From Vulcanimicrobiota bacterium (GTDB lineage: Bacteria; Vulcanimicrobiota; Vulcanimicrobiia; Vulcanimicrobiales; Vulcanimicrobiaceae), in assembly GCA_030041115.1 (NCBI GenBank), contig JASHOM010000097.1, positions 1 to 61,383 of the forward strand: a stretch of DNA of 61,383 nucleotides. Direction: 5' to 3'. The translations under genes and the position numbers were made by a program. The notes below the pieces were generated by a model, which was given only the letters and a program-made list of their open reading frames with translations, did not search any database and was not told where the DNA came from. How positions within the stretch are numbered: the stretch's first letter is position 1; each line of letters begins with the position of its first letter. Positions 45,954-55,926 of this stretch are shown one piece after another.

Positions 45954-46088
45954 ATGAAGAATGCCTGTTGACGTTAATCTCTCGCGACGCGCAGTCCTTT
46001 GGCGGCGGGCACTTGCAATTTTAGGATAGCGGGCGGCGTTTTGGCCGGCTATACTTGACTCCTAGCCCACGCACGAGAGGAGACCCGC

Positions 46089-47609
46089 ATGGCTCAAAAT
46101 CAGCCGAATATCGTTGCAATTATGGCCGATGACATCGGCTGGTTTAACATCGGCGCGTACCATCAAGGCATCATGTCCAGTCGCACCCCCAATCTCGACC
46201 GGCTCGCGACCGAGGGAATGCGCTTCACCGATTACTACGCCGAGGCGAGTTGCACCGCCGGCCGCGCGAATTTCATAACCGGCGAGCTGCCCATCCGTAC
46301 CGGCTTGACCACGGTCGGTCAGGCGGGCGCAAAAGTCGGCATGCCCGATGAGGCGCCCACCATCGCGGCCGCGTTGCGCTCGATGGGCTACGCCACCGGT
46401 CAGTTCGGCAAGAATCATCTCGGCGACCTCAATCAATACCTGCCGACGCTCCACGGCTTCGACGAGTTCTTCGGCTATCTCTACCATCTCGACGCGATGG
46501 AGGATCCGGCGCATCCCAACTATCCGCAAGAGCTCAGGGACAAGGTCGGTCCCCGCAACATGGTTCATAGCTGGGCAACCGATAAGGATGATCCCACCGT
46601 CGACCCACGCTGGGGGAAAGTCGGCAAGCAACGGATCGAGGACGCCGGCACGCTCTATCCCGAACGCATGAAGACCGTCGACGACGAGATCTTGAGTCAC
46701 GCACTGGCGTTTATCGATAAGGCACGAGCGGATAAAAAGCCGTTCTTCGTCTGGCTGAATCCCACGCGCATGCACGTGGTAACGCATCTTTCGGAGAAGT
46801 ATCAGAAGATGCGCACGCCGGAAAACGGGTGGTCCGAATCGGAGGCCGGCATGGCGCAGCTCGACGACATCGTCGGCGGCGTCCTCGAGAAGCTCAAAGA
46901 CGAAGGCCTCGAGGAAAATACCATCGTCATGTTCACCACCGACAACGGCGCCGAGAACTTCACCTGGCCCGACGGCGGACAAACACCCTTTGCGGGCGGT
47001 AAAGGCACGGTGCTCGAAGGCGGTTTCCGCGCGCCTTGTATCCTCCGCTGGCCCGGCAAGGTGCCGGCCGGCAAAGTCGAAAACGGCATCTACTCCGGAC
47101 TCGACTGGTTCCCGACGTTCGTCGCGGCAGCCGGAAATCCGAACATCGTCGACGAGCTCAAGAAGGGCAAGCAGCTCGGCGACCGCACGTACAAAGTGCA
47201 TCTCGATGGTTACAACCAGACGGATCTCATCACGGGAAAGGGCCCGTCGAAGCGTCACGAGATCTTTTACTTTGCCGAAGGCACGCTTGGTGCGGTCCGC
47301 CTCAACGACTACAAGTATCGATTCGTCGATCAGCCCGGCGGTTGGCTCGGCGGTACGGTCAAAGTCGACTGGCCCATCCTCACGAACATCCGGCTCGATC
47401 CGTTCGAGCGAACCGGCATGGCCGGCTCGCTGAATTACTACCACTTCTTCGTCTACCAGTTCTGGCGCTTCGTGCTCGTGCAGGAAGTCGTCGCCAAGGC
47501 TGCCGAGAGCGCGATCGAGTTTCCGCCCATGCAAAAAGGCGCGTCGTTCAACCTCGAAGGGGTCAAGGAGCAAATCCAAAAGGCCATAGCGGCCCACAGC
47601 GGCTCGTAG
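46089..47609 (+). CDS. Arylsulfatase
   Basis: NIVAIMADDIGWFNIGAYHQG...SCTAGRANFITG (Cys-type active-site motif, C-T-A-G-R) ...GKNHLGD...FTTDNGAE. Confidence 0.9.
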   Translation: MAQNQPNIVAIMADDIGWFNIGAYHQGIMSSRTPNLDRLATEGMRFTDYYAEASCTAGRANFITGELPIRTGLTTVGQAGAKVGMPDEAPTIAAALRSMGYATGQFGKNHLGDLNQYLPTLHGFDEFFGYLYHLDAMEDPAHPNYPQELRDKVGPRNMVHSWATDKDDPTVDPRWGKVGKQRIEDAGTLYPERMKTVDDEILSHALAFIDKARADKKPFFVWLNPTRMHVVTHLSEKYQKMRTPENGWSESEAGMAQLDDIVGGVLEKLKDEGLEENTIVMFTTDNGAENFTWPDGGQTPFAGGKGTVLEGGFRAPCILRWPGKVPAGKVENGIYSGLDWFPTFVAAAGNPNIVDELKKGKQLGDRTYKVHLDGYNQTDLITGKGPSKRHEIFYFAEGTLGAVRLNDYKYRFVDQPGGWLGGTVKVDWPILTNIRLDPFERTGMAGSLNYYHFFVYQFWRFVLVQEVVAKAAESAIEFPPMQKGASFNLEGVKEQIQKAIAAHSGS

Positions 47610-47621
47610 CCGCCGGCGAAC

Positions 47622-48365
47622 CTACGCGTCGCGATCGAATTCGGCGTGCAAGCCCTCACCTAAGGTCTTGCGCGCCTTTTCTCCACCGCGAAGCGCCTCG
47701 GGCTCCCACGGCTCCCATTCTTCCCACCCAAACCACTGCGACAATAACCGGAAGCCGAAACCGGCAAAGAAGGCGATGACCGTGGACACGACCACGGAGA
47801 GCCCGAAGCCCTGATTGCAGACGAGATACGCGATGCCGGTGAGCGCCGCGGCAGCCACGAAGAACTCGCCGCGCACGAGCTGCTTGGGAACGCAGTTGCA
47901 GGCCACGTCGATGATCCACCGGCCGGCAGTCGTTGCGATGATGCCGATGAGCACCGCCGCGGCATATCCCAGATTCGCGCCGATCGCCGCCTGCACGCCG
48001 ACGATCGCGTACCACGGCAGTGAAAACGCCGTCATGAATTGGAAGAGACCGTCCTTGAAGCGCTTCTCGGCGGCGTAATCGATCCATAGCGCGAGCGCCG
48101 CCGCCCCGGTGCATGCGACGATGTACCACGGATTCTCGAGCGGCGTTGGAATTTTGTCGACGAGAATGTCGCGGATGATGCCGCCGCCGATGCCGCCGGC
48201 ATAGGCGAGAATGATGACGCCGACCAGGGTAAAGTGCTTGTAGTGGTCGGGACGGCGCGCCAGCAGCGCGCCGTTGAACGCGTTGGTCGTGGCGGCGATC
48301 AGCGAGATGTAGTCGACCAGGGTAAAGGTCCAAATACCGAACTTCGAAATGATGAGCGGCGTCAT
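47622..48365 (-). CDS. Trimeric intracellular cation channel (TRIC/UPF0126) family protein
   Basis: Two UPF0126 repeats. AFNGALLARR...GGIGGGIIRDIL. Confidence 0.8.
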   Translation of the reverse strand: MTPLIISKFGIWTFTLVDYISLIAATTNAFNGALLARRPDHYKHFTLVGVIILAYAGGIGGGIIRDILVDKIPTPLENPWYIVACTGAAALALWIDYAAEKRFKDGLFQFMTAFSLPWYAIVGVQAAIGANLGYAAAVLIGIIATTAGRWIIDVACNCVPKQLVRGEFFVAAAALTGIAYLVCNQGFGLSVVVSTVIAFFAGFGFRLLSQWFGWEEWEPWEPEALRGGEKARKTLGEGLHAEFDRDA

Positions 48366-49207
48366 GCGGGCACCCTCTGCGCCGTGCGCGTGAAGTAGGC
48401 GCCGGCGATGGTACTGATGATGAACTGAATCACGAAATAGGTTATCACGGCCGCGGCTACGTCGGGTTGGCTAAAGCTCGACGTGGCAATCAACGCGCCC
48501 AGGCCGATGTTTCGCAGCGCGGTTCCGATCGCCAGCACCCTGCGGTCCTCGCTCCGCGGACCTCCCAACAACCACCCGGTGCCGAGCGACAACACCACCA
48601 GGCAGAACTCCGCGAAAATGCCGCCCGAGCCGTAGATTGCGGCGAGCGCACGCGCGATCGCCGGTACGAGCAAAGCGATCAGGATGATTGCCGCAGCGAA
48701 GAAAATGAACTGCAGCGGACGGCCGGCTTTCGCCGCGAAGCCCGGAGCCCGGCCGCCGACGACGATGCCGATCAAGAGCGGCAAAAGCTGGAACAGGACG
48801 AGGGTCATGACGAACTTCGTCATCGGCAGCTCCGCTTTCGCCGCGGTCGGTAAGACGAGGGCCGCGGTGGCCGGAACCGTCACGATCGACAGCAGCGGCA
48901 AAAAGAATGCCAGCGCGACCGCAAAGCCGAGGCTTCCGCCCCGCTTTCGCACCGACGCCAGGACGAACGGCACCCCCGGAGCGACTGCCATCACGAGGAA
49001 TCCGGTTGCGATCGGCGCCGGCAGACGGAACAACCGAACGATGATCACGCCGAGCAGCGGAACGATCACGAAGTTCGCCAGAAGCGCCCGCCCCGTCAAT
49101 CCGAAGTTCCGCAGGATCGCCTTGAGGTGCTCGCGGTCGACCTGCAAGCCGGCGCCGAAGGTGAGCGCGACCAACATGACGGCCGCCGCGAGCCTCTCGG
49201 GATTCAT
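48362..49207 (-). CDS. Bile acid:sodium symporter (SBF/BASS) family transporter
   Basis: FGAGLQVDREHLKAILRN...ALLANFVIVPLLGV...VMAVAPGVPF. Its stop overlaps the TRIC start (ATGA). Confidence 0.7.
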   Translation of the reverse strand: MNPERLAAAVMLVALTFGAGLQVDREHLKAILRNFGLTGRALLANFVIVPLLGVIIVRLFRLPAPIATGFLVMAVAPGVPFVLASVRKRGGSLGFAVALAFFLPLLSIVTVPATAALVLPTAAKAELPMTKFVMTLVLFQLLPLLIGIVVGGRAPGFAAKAGRPLQFIFFAAAIILIALLVPAIARALAAIYGSGGIFAEFCLVVLSLGTGWLLGGPRSEDRRVLAIGTALRNIGLGALIATSSFSQPDVAAAVITYFVIQFIISTIAGAYFTRTAQRVPA

Positions 49208-49266
49208 AATGGGAAAAAGTGTAGCACTCGCTAGGTAACCCGTCTATCCGGAGAATGTAAAGGCGC

Positions 49267-49890
49267 ATGCTCGAGACTGCGAGGATCGACCGGGTCGTGG
49301 ACGTTGCGTCCGTGGTGCTCATTTCCGTGGCTGCCGTGCTCACCGCGCTCTGCGGCTACCAGTCCGGCCGCTGGAGCGGCCAGCAGACCCGCCTCTACAG
49401 CGTCGCGAACGCGGACCGGCTGCGATCCGCGGAGGCCGCCGATCGCGCCAACGTGCTGACGGCCATTGACGTGGCCGTCTTCCTGCACTACCTCGACGCG
49501 GTCAGTACCCATGACCGGCCGGAGGCCGACTTCATCTACGCCCGATTCCGGACGGAGTTCAAGCCCGCGATGCGAGCCTGGCTTGCGTCGAAGCCGCTGA
49601 CGAATCCGCGCGCGCCCTCTTCGCCGTTCGTCATGCCGCAATACTCGCTGAAAACTCGAGCGCAGGCGCGTGCCTACGACGATCTTGCCGCAGCCGCCTT
49701 TCAGCGCGCCGTCGACGCAACGCAGCACAGCGATGACTTCCTGCTTCTGACCGTCATCTTCGCCGCCGTTTCGTTTCTGGCCGGGGTCAGCACGAAAATG
49801 CGGTACCCGCGCCACGCAATCGTCGTTGCGATCGGAACGGCGGCGTTGCTCTACGGGCTCGTCCGGCTGGTCCAGCTTCCCTTCGCGTAG
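49267..49890 (+). CDS. Hypothetical membrane protein
   Basis: 207-aa ORF with an N-terminal TM and two C-terminal TM segments. No recognised family. Confidence 0.4.
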   Translation: MLETARIDRVVDVASVVLISVAAVLTALCGYQSGRWSGQQTRLYSVANADRLRSAEAADRANVLTAIDVAVFLHYLDAVSTHDRPEADFIYARFRTEFKPAMRAWLASKPLTNPRAPSSPFVMPQYSLKTRAQARAYDDLAAAAFQRAVDATQHSDDFLLLTVIFAAVSFLAGVSTKMRYPRHAIVVAIGTAALLYGLVRLVQLPFA

Positions 49891-49915
49891 GGCAACGGCC
49901 GCACGCCGGACGGCT

Positions 49916-50602
49916 TTAGCCGCCCAGCGATCGTTGCCCGACGACGCGTCCAACCGGGGGCGTCGTATCTTTGCCGTTGCCCCAGATCCCGTTGAAGCTG
50001 TTGTTATCGCCGTTGAACCAGAACGAGAACCAACCCGATCCCGTGGGGCTCGTCCAGCTCGCGCGTACCTTGTCCTTTGCGCGGAACTTACCGTTGATCA
50101 GGATCGGTCCGGTGTGACAAACGACCGACGGTCCCGACTGCGTGCACTTCATCGTCCCGATGAAGGCCACGGGGCCGCCCGCACCGGTCACGTGCCACGT
50201 GCCGGCCGCGGTGATCGGCGACGGCGGCAGTACCTTGTTGCCGACGAACGACCCGTTTGCCGCGCGCCCGTTGTAGCCCCACGTGCCGTTGAAGCTATGG
50301 CCGTTCGGACTCACGTAGACGGTGATCCAACCGGCGCCGCCCGGACCGTGCCATTTTCCGTTGATCTGGACGTCGGTGACGAACGTCCCGGTAAAGCCGT
50401 TGCCGTTCGCGGCGTTGTTGCCGACGATGCCCATTCCCGACTGGGACAGCGTGACCGTCGACGTCGTCGTACCGTTCAGACCGGTTTGTTGAACGTTCCA
50501 CGTGCCGGTGAGGTTGGGCGGGCTCGCCAGGCCGGCGACCGCCGTCATCGCAGCGATCGCAAAACCCGAAATGACCGAAAGAACAAGACGCTTCATCTTC
50601 AT
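49916..50602 (-). CDS. Secreted Gly/Asn/Thr-rich protein with internal repeats
   Basis: GGAGGAG then ATGAAGATGAAG. Signal MKMKRLVLSVISGFAIAAMTAVAGLA. Repeated GTW / NG.SFNGTWGYNG / NNSFNGIWGNG motifs. Confidence 0.5.
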   Translation of the reverse strand: MKMKRLVLSVISGFAIAAMTAVAGLASPPNLTGTWNVQQTGLNGTTTSTVTLSQSGMGIVGNNAANGNGFTGTFVTDVQINGKWHGPGGAGWITVYVSPNGHSFNGTWGYNGRAANGSFVGNKVLPPSPITAAGTWHVTGAGGPVAFIGTMKCTQSGPSVVCHTGPILINGKFRAKDKVRASWTSPTGSGWFSFWFNGDNNSFNGIWGNGKDTTPPVGRVVGQRSLGG

Positions 50603-50715
50603 CTCCTCCGTTGTGGATATTAGCACGTCTGCGCGAGCGGCTCTATCCGAAAAAAGCATCTTCTGCCTGCAAGACCGAGGGCCCGCTGCGCGCTCCGCCG
50701 TAACCTCACCCTCAA

Positions 50716-51342
50716 ATGACGACGGCGCAAGCGACGGCACCGCCCGGGAAGGCTCTTCGCGCGAAGGTGTCGCCGCCGACGATCTTTCTCACGTTCCTGC
50801 AAATCGGTGCGATCAGCTTCGGTGGCGGCGTCGTCGCCTATCTGCGCGACGGGCTCGTCCGCAAGAAGCAGTGGTTCGACGACGTCGAGTTCTTGGAAAT
50901 GACCTCGATCAGCAACACGCTGCCCGGTCTGAACGCGACGAATATGGCCATCCTCGCCGGCGATCGTCTCGCGGGCTGGCCGGGCGCCGCGGCGGCGCTG
51001 ACCGGCATGTGCCTCCCCGCCTTCGTGTTCATGACCGCGGCCGGAATGGTCTACGCGCAAGCGCACTCCCGGCCTCTGGCCAACGCCGCGCTGCGCGGCG
51101 TCGCCGCCGCGGCAACCGGCCTCATCGCGGCGACGTGGTTCAAAATCGGCAAGACGTCGCTGCACGGTTTCTATGACGCCTTCTTCGTGATGGCCGCGAT
51201 CTTGGGGATCAACTACTTCAAGTGGGGCGTACCGATCACGCTGCTCGCGGTCGGCGCCGTCGCGATTTTCACGTATCGGCCGCATACCGTTCCCGAAGAA
51301 CCCGCCCAAGAGCAAGCAGAGTGGATCAGCTCCCTGCACTGA
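50716..51342 (+). CDS. chrA: Chromate transporter (CHR) family protein, short-chain, first of a pair
   Basis: FLQIGAISFGGGVVAYLRDGLVRKKQWFDDVEFLEMTSISNTLPGLNATN. Confidence 0.8.
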   Translation: MTTAQATAPPGKALRAKVSPPTIFLTFLQIGAISFGGGVVAYLRDGLVRKKQWFDDVEFLEMTSISNTLPGLNATNMAILAGDRLAGWPGAAAALTGMCLPAFVFMTAAGMVYAQAHSRPLANAALRGVAAAATGLIAATWFKIGKTSLHGFYDAFFVMAAILGINYFKWGVPITLLAVGAVAIFTYRPHTVPEEPAQEQAEWISSLH

Positions 51343-51863
51343 GCCGAGTCTTTGCCTACCTCTCGCTGCTCACCATCGGCGGCGGCATGGCGGCATTTCC
51401 CGAGATGAAGGTCCTCGTCGTCGACGTTCATCATTGGCTCACCTCCGATCAACTCACCCACGTCTATAGCACCGGGCAAATGTCGCCGGGCCCGAACATG
51501 ATGATGGTCGCCGAGGTAGGTCAGCTCGTCAGCGGACCGCTCGGTGCAGTCGTCTGCGCACTCGCTTTTTTCGTGCCGACGGGAATTCTGACGTTCCTCG
51601 TCGGGCGCCTATGGAAGCGCCTCGAGCACTGGCCGTGGCGCGATTCGATCCAAAAAGGTCTCGGACCGGTCGCGATCGGATTGGCCGTCGGCGGCTTGAT
51701 CACGTTCGGCAAAACCGCCATCACCTTCGTCAACGGCGCGCTCTTCGGGTGGATAACGTTGGCGCTCGGCATCCTCACGTTTATCGCCGTCGTACGCACG
51801 AAAGTGAATCCGGTGTGGTTTATCCTCGGAGGCGCGGCGGTCGGCTTTTTCGCGCTGCGTTAG
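51321..51863 (+). CDS. chrA: Chromate transporter (CHR) family protein, short-chain, second of a pair
   Basis: GTG 51321: ...FAYLSLLTIGGGMAAFPEMKVLVVDVHHWLTSDQLTHVYSTGQMSPGPN. Overlaps the first gene by 22 nt. Confidence 0.8.
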   Translation: MDQLPALSRVFAYLSLLTIGGGMAAFPEMKVLVVDVHHWLTSDQLTHVYSTGQMSPGPNMMMVAEVGQLVSGPLGAVVCALAFFVPTGILTFLVGRLWKRLEHWPWRDSIQKGLGPVAIGLAVGGLITFGKTAITFVNGALFGWITLALGILTFIAVVRTKVNPVWFILGGAAVGFFALR

Positions 51864-52073
51864 CGGCGCAAATCCCGATGACCCGCCGGACGCGGCCCGC
51901 CGGCGCCGTCGAAAAAGAGGAGGTTTCGCTTTTGGGATACTAGCCGGGTCGAATTCGGTGTAAGCTCAACAATTATGAAACGGCTTGCCGAGCCGCCGGG
52001 ATTCGCTTTTTGGCGTCACCTCACAGATACCGGCGATCGCGTCGCAGAAGCCGGCACCGCCCGCGTGGCGTAG

Positions 52074-52577
52074 ATGGGACGCCGAGTGAACGGCGCAATG
52101 CTCTATTCCGCTCGCATCGGCGAATCGCATTCGCTCGGGGAGAATATCGCCTACCAGGTCTTACTGCTGCGGATCGTCGAGTTCACCGTTCGCGCCGCGC
52201 TCGCCCGCTGCGTCGATGAAAGCGAATGGGAGCACGAGCTGTTGCGTACCAAGGGGTTGGAAGCGCTGGAAATCTTTAGGGACGGGCGAGCCGTATGGAG
52301 CGATCGACCGCTCTTCGAAGCCGAACGTGCGGAGGCGCGCCGCGAGCGTGACTCGCGCTTCGAAGAGAGGAACGAGCTCGATCCGAGCCTTTACAAGCGC
52401 CTCGACCGGGATCTGCGCGTTGCATGGCGGCGGGCCGGTTACGAAACCCCCAGCCTTCTCCGCGAAATGAAGAAGCTTTTCGTCGAGCTCGAATCCGATG
52501 CGACCGACCGCGCGACCGGGGCCCGCGAGGGCCTGGTCGTCGAAATCCTCGAGATGGGGCAATCCGGCCCTTCTTAA
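52074..52577 (+). CDS. Hypothetical protein
   Basis: 167-aa ORF, charged and helical. Coding status not certain. Confidence 0.3.
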   Translation: MGRRVNGAMLYSARIGESHSLGENIAYQVLLLRIVEFTVRAALARCVDESEWEHELLRTKGLEALEIFRDGRAVWSDRPLFEAERAEARRERDSRFEERNELDPSLYKRLDRDLRVAWRRAGYETPSLLREMKKLFVELESDATDRATGAREGLVVEILEMGQSGPS

Positions 52578-53356
52578 GCTCGTCTCTTTCGCAACGTGTC
52601 GCCGGATGCGCGACCGAATAATCCCTCCCAAAAAACTTCGACGGCGTCGAGCATCGCCGTCCCGGCGCCCAGGAACCGCTCCGGCGAGAAATCCGGCTTT
52701 GCGTAGGCTTCGCGCAGCTCGTCGTCGGTGTGCGCGGCGTGGTTTTCCTCGAGCGCATCGTGCCACGTCCAGAAGCCCAGCGCAAGGTCGGGCATCTCGT
52801 TGGCTTTCACGACGCGCAAACCCGCGATGAGCTCCTTCCAAAACCCCGCGGCAGCCCAGTGTTCGATCGCGTACGACGCGCCCGCCGAGGCCGATTCGTC
52901 CGGCGAACCGTACCACTCCAGCAGCGCGTCGCAGAAGGCGAGCGTCGAATGGTTGCCGTGGTGCCGCTTGCCGATCTCGCTCCACTTCAAGCCGAGCTGC
53001 GCGGCGAACTGGGCGAGCCACTCGAAATGTCCGGCGGTAAAGCGAAACGTGCCGCCCTCCACCGTTCCCGACGGCGTGAAGACGACGCCCAGCTCGTTCA
53101 TGAGAATTTCCTTGCCGGCGCGATAGCTGTGCAGATCCACGGCGTTGATGCACTTGCGCAGCTGCGCCTCGATGAAGAGATGACTGAAGACCGAAAACTG
53201 AACGGTAAAGTCGCGCAACTGCTCGCGACCGAGCTTGCCGCCGGCAAACCACCTCGTATAGCGGTTGCGCCGAACGATCGGGTGGCTGTCGATCGCGCGC
53301 GCGACCGCCTGCCGGAACTCTTCGAGATCTTCGCTGGACGTTGACACCGCAGTCAT
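52574..53356 (-). CDS. Heme-oxygenase-like / iron-containing redox enzyme family protein (PqqC/TenA-fold-like)
   Basis: HPIVRRNRYTRWFAGGKLGREQLRDFTVQFSVFSHLFIEAQ...ASYAIEHWAA...WHDALEENHAAH, a pattern typical of Haem_oxygenase_2-type proteins. Confidence 0.55.
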   Translation of the reverse strand: MTAVSTSSEDLEEFRQAVARAIDSHPIVRRNRYTRWFAGGKLGREQLRDFTVQFSVFSHLFIEAQLRKCINAVDLHSYRAGKEILMNELGVVFTPSGTVEGGTFRFTAGHFEWLAQFAAQLGLKWSEIGKRHHGNHSTLAFCDALLEWYGSPDESASAGASYAIEHWAAAGFWKELIAGLRVVKANEMPDLALGFWTWHDALEENHAAHTDDELREAYAKPDFSPERFLGAGTAMLDAVEVFWEGLFGRASGDTLRKRRA

Positions 53357-53578
53357 GGCTCGCTCCCCTTGTCGATAAAAAAGAGCCGCCTCGCGTCGGC
53401 GAGGCGGCTTTGCATCTTTGACGAACTCGTTCGTTTATTGCAATGGCGACCTAGGCCGGCTTCGGGCAAAGCAGCCGTAATAATAGTACGCCGAGGCATT
53501 ACGGACGAGCATAGTGTAGGCGACTATAGCACACACCGCGCAGCGGCGCAAGAGGCCTCTTTCGGCCCGCCCGGGGCG

Positions 53579-54556
53579 TCATGTCTTTCGCAGAATTCGG
53601 CCGGTCTTTACGACTTCGAACGCGGTGCTCGGAACGTTCTTGAGCTGATCGAGGTCGTCGTCGTTCCAGCACGTCGAAGCCTTACCGCCCTCGCCTTGGA
53701 AGTACCAGTTCGAACCGTTGTCGGCGACGAACATGCCGTAGGTCTTCATGGCAACGGCGATCACGTGCGCTTGCCCGGTGATGCCTGAGATGTCATACGA
53801 CGCTTTCATGCGAATGCGCAGTCCCATCGGCGGCAGGTACTTGGCGCGACTGTCGCTGGCAAAATGCGTCGCGGGATGGATGTACCCTGCCTGCGTCTGC
53901 TCGAATGTGACCCGCAGCGCGTGGTCGATATGCCCGGCCTTGACTTCGGCGCACTTCACGAGCGCCGGTAGAATCGGCAGTCCCGCGGCATCGGCCGACG
54001 TCCAGCCGTTGGGCCGCAACTTGTTCGAATCCAAATGAAAGATTGCGCCCGAGCCGGCGCGCCAGCTCCTCCCGCCGTGGATCGGGTACGCCGCCCACAT
54101 TTCGTAGAGCTTGCACGCGCCTTGCTGCAAGACGAGCACGTGGCGATCGCCCGTCGCGTGGCGCCCGCCTTCGATCTGCGCATTGGGCGGAATCGGGTAT
54201 GGTCCCGGATTGCTCTGCGATCCGTAGTGGAAGCGGACCGGTACCTTTTTCTGCGAAGCCGGGACGATGTTGAACGGAATTCCGTAGTGAGGATCGCGGC
54301 CGAAGTCGGGATGCAAATTCCCCGGCAACGCCGCGATGTATTGCGACGAGAGCGGGTCGAGCGGATAATTCGTTATGTCGGTGTTCCACCAATTGCTCGC
54401 GGGGAAGATCGAGCAGCCGCCGACGACGGGCACGTTCGCCGGCAAGATGGCGCCGGCGGCGTTTACGGCGGATCCGTTGGAAACGGACGGGACGTTCGCG
54501 GATCCACATGAGGAGAGGACCGCGAGCATAAGCGCTACGGCAACGGTACGGTACAT
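53579..54556 (-). CDS. Conserved hypothetical lipoprotein
   Basis: ATG 54556: MYRTVAVALMLAVLSSCG (lipobox). 325 aa, no recognised domain. Confidence 0.5.
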   Translation of the reverse strand: MYRTVAVALMLAVLSSCGSANVPSVSNGSAVNAAGAILPANVPVVGGCSIFPASNWWNTDITNYPLDPLSSQYIAALPGNLHPDFGRDPHYGIPFNIVPASQKKVPVRFHYGSQSNPGPYPIPPNAQIEGGRHATGDRHVLVLQQGACKLYEMWAAYPIHGGRSWRAGSGAIFHLDSNKLRPNGWTSADAAGLPILPALVKCAEVKAGHIDHALRVTFEQTQAGYIHPATHFASDSRAKYLPPMGLRIRMKASYDISGITGQAHVIAVAMKTYGMFVADNGSNWYFQGEGGKASTCWNDDDLDQLKNVPSTAFEVVKTGRILRKT

Positions 54557-54696
54557 GACAGGCCCTCCTCGTCTGCTCGAACGACGTTCCAACTTTCGGG
54601 CGAAAGCCCCTCCGCGCGCTCCACCTCGCGCTCGCGTGCCCGCTCGCTGCCGGCGGCGAGTTGCCGGACGGGAATCGAGCGTCTCGTTGGGGTCTT

Positions 54697-55911
54697 TTAG
54701 CGAGTCGGTACGGCCGCCGGCGACGGTCGGACGCTGAGCGCGACCCAGGCGAGGTTAGCCAATGCCATCGCGCCGATGGCCAGAAAGACCGCGGCGAAAC
54801 CGAAGCGCGCGGCAATCATTCCGCCCGACAACGGACCGGCGAACATTCCCAGGAAGGTCGCGCTCGAGGTAATTCCATACACCTGCCCGCGCCGTTCGGC
54901 CGGAAAGATTCGTCCGATCAACGCGTTGGCCGTGGGAAGGACGCCACCCAAGAAGAGTCCGACGCCGAAACGCAGCGCGATGAAGATCTCGATGCTGCCG
55001 GCAAAGGCCTGCGGAATAGTAAAGGCGGCAACGCCGCCGAGAGAAACGAGCAGGACGCGGCGGTAGCCGATCCGGTCGCTGCGCTTGCCTAGGAAGGGCG
55101 AGGCGATCAAATCGGCGAGCCCCGTAACCGCAAAGGCCAAGCCGGCTGCCGTTGCGATCCACGGCACGTTGCCGACGAGGTCGCGCACGAAGAGCGGCAC
55201 GATCGGCTGCACGCCGAACGCGACGACCTGGGCAAGCAGCACGACGACGAACATCGGTGCCAGCCGCGGATGCGTCGCGACTTCGTGCAGACCCGCGAAG
55301 AACGAAACGCGCGAGCGCGGCCGCGCTTCGCGACGGGATCGCTCGGGGACGAAGAGCAGGCAGACCAGGGCCGACGCGAGCGCAAAGAGCGACGTAACGA
55401 AGAAGACTTCGCGATAGCCGTGCAGATGGTCGGCCAGAAAACCGCCGAAGAGCGGACCGCAGAGACCGCCGACGAGCTGGCCGGTCGTCATCCATCCGAG
55501 CGAAAAGCCGAGACTCTCCTCCGGGACCTGCGTGCCGACCATGGCGATCGCGGCTGCCGAGAAGCCGCTAAAGATGCCCATGCAGGCACGCGCCGCAAAA
55601 AGCTGCCAGACGTTCTGCACGACGCCCATCAACGCCGTGAAGAGCGCGATGGCGACGCAGGAACGGATCACCATCGCCTTGCGTCCGGTGCGGTCGGCGA
55701 TGCCGCCCCAGATCGGCGAGAAGATCGCCGCGGTCAGGAAGTTGATCGACGCAATAATCCCCGCCCAAGCGGAGACCGCGGCAATCGGCTGAACGCCGAG
55801 CTGGATGATGAAGAGCGGCAAAAACGGCCCGGAAACGGAGAAGGCGAAGGACATCAACGCCTGCACCGTCACCATGAGCCAGAGCGTGCGCTGCCATTGC
55901 GTAGGCGTCAC
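54697..55911 (-). CDS. MFS transporter (drug-efflux-like)
   Basis: 12 TM. GGIADRTGRKAMVI (motif A). Confidence 0.8.
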   Translation of the reverse strand: MTPTQWQRTLWLMVTVQALMSFAFSVSGPFLPLFIIQLGVQPIAAVSAWAGIIASINFLTAAIFSPIWGGIADRTGRKAMVIRSCVAIALFTALMGVVQNVWQLFAARACMGIFSGFSAAAIAMVGTQVPEESLGFSLGWMTTGQLVGGLCGPLFGGFLADHLHGYREVFFVTSLFALASALVCLLFVPERSRREARPRSRVSFFAGLHEVATHPRLAPMFVVVLLAQVVAFGVQPIVPLFVRDLVGNVPWIATAAGLAFAVTGLADLIASPFLGKRSDRIGYRRVLLVSLGGVAAFTIPQAFAGSIEIFIALRFGVGLFLGGVLPTANALIGRIFPAERRGQVYGITSSATFLGMFAGPLSGGMIAARFGFAAVFLAIGAMALANLAWVALSVRPSPAAVPTR

Positions 55912-55926
55912 GCTCCGGCTTTGGCG

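Noticed and set aside
46062-47597. 511-aa minus-strand ORF
   Set aside because: It is exactly antisense to the arylsulfatase gene, which has unmistakable sulfatase motifs. Shadow ORF.
51975-52076. 33-aa ORF MKRLAEPPGFAFWRHLTDTGDRVAEAGTARVA in an intergenic gap
   Set aside because: No RBS-like sequence, no recognisable motif, very short. There is not enough evidence to call a gene.
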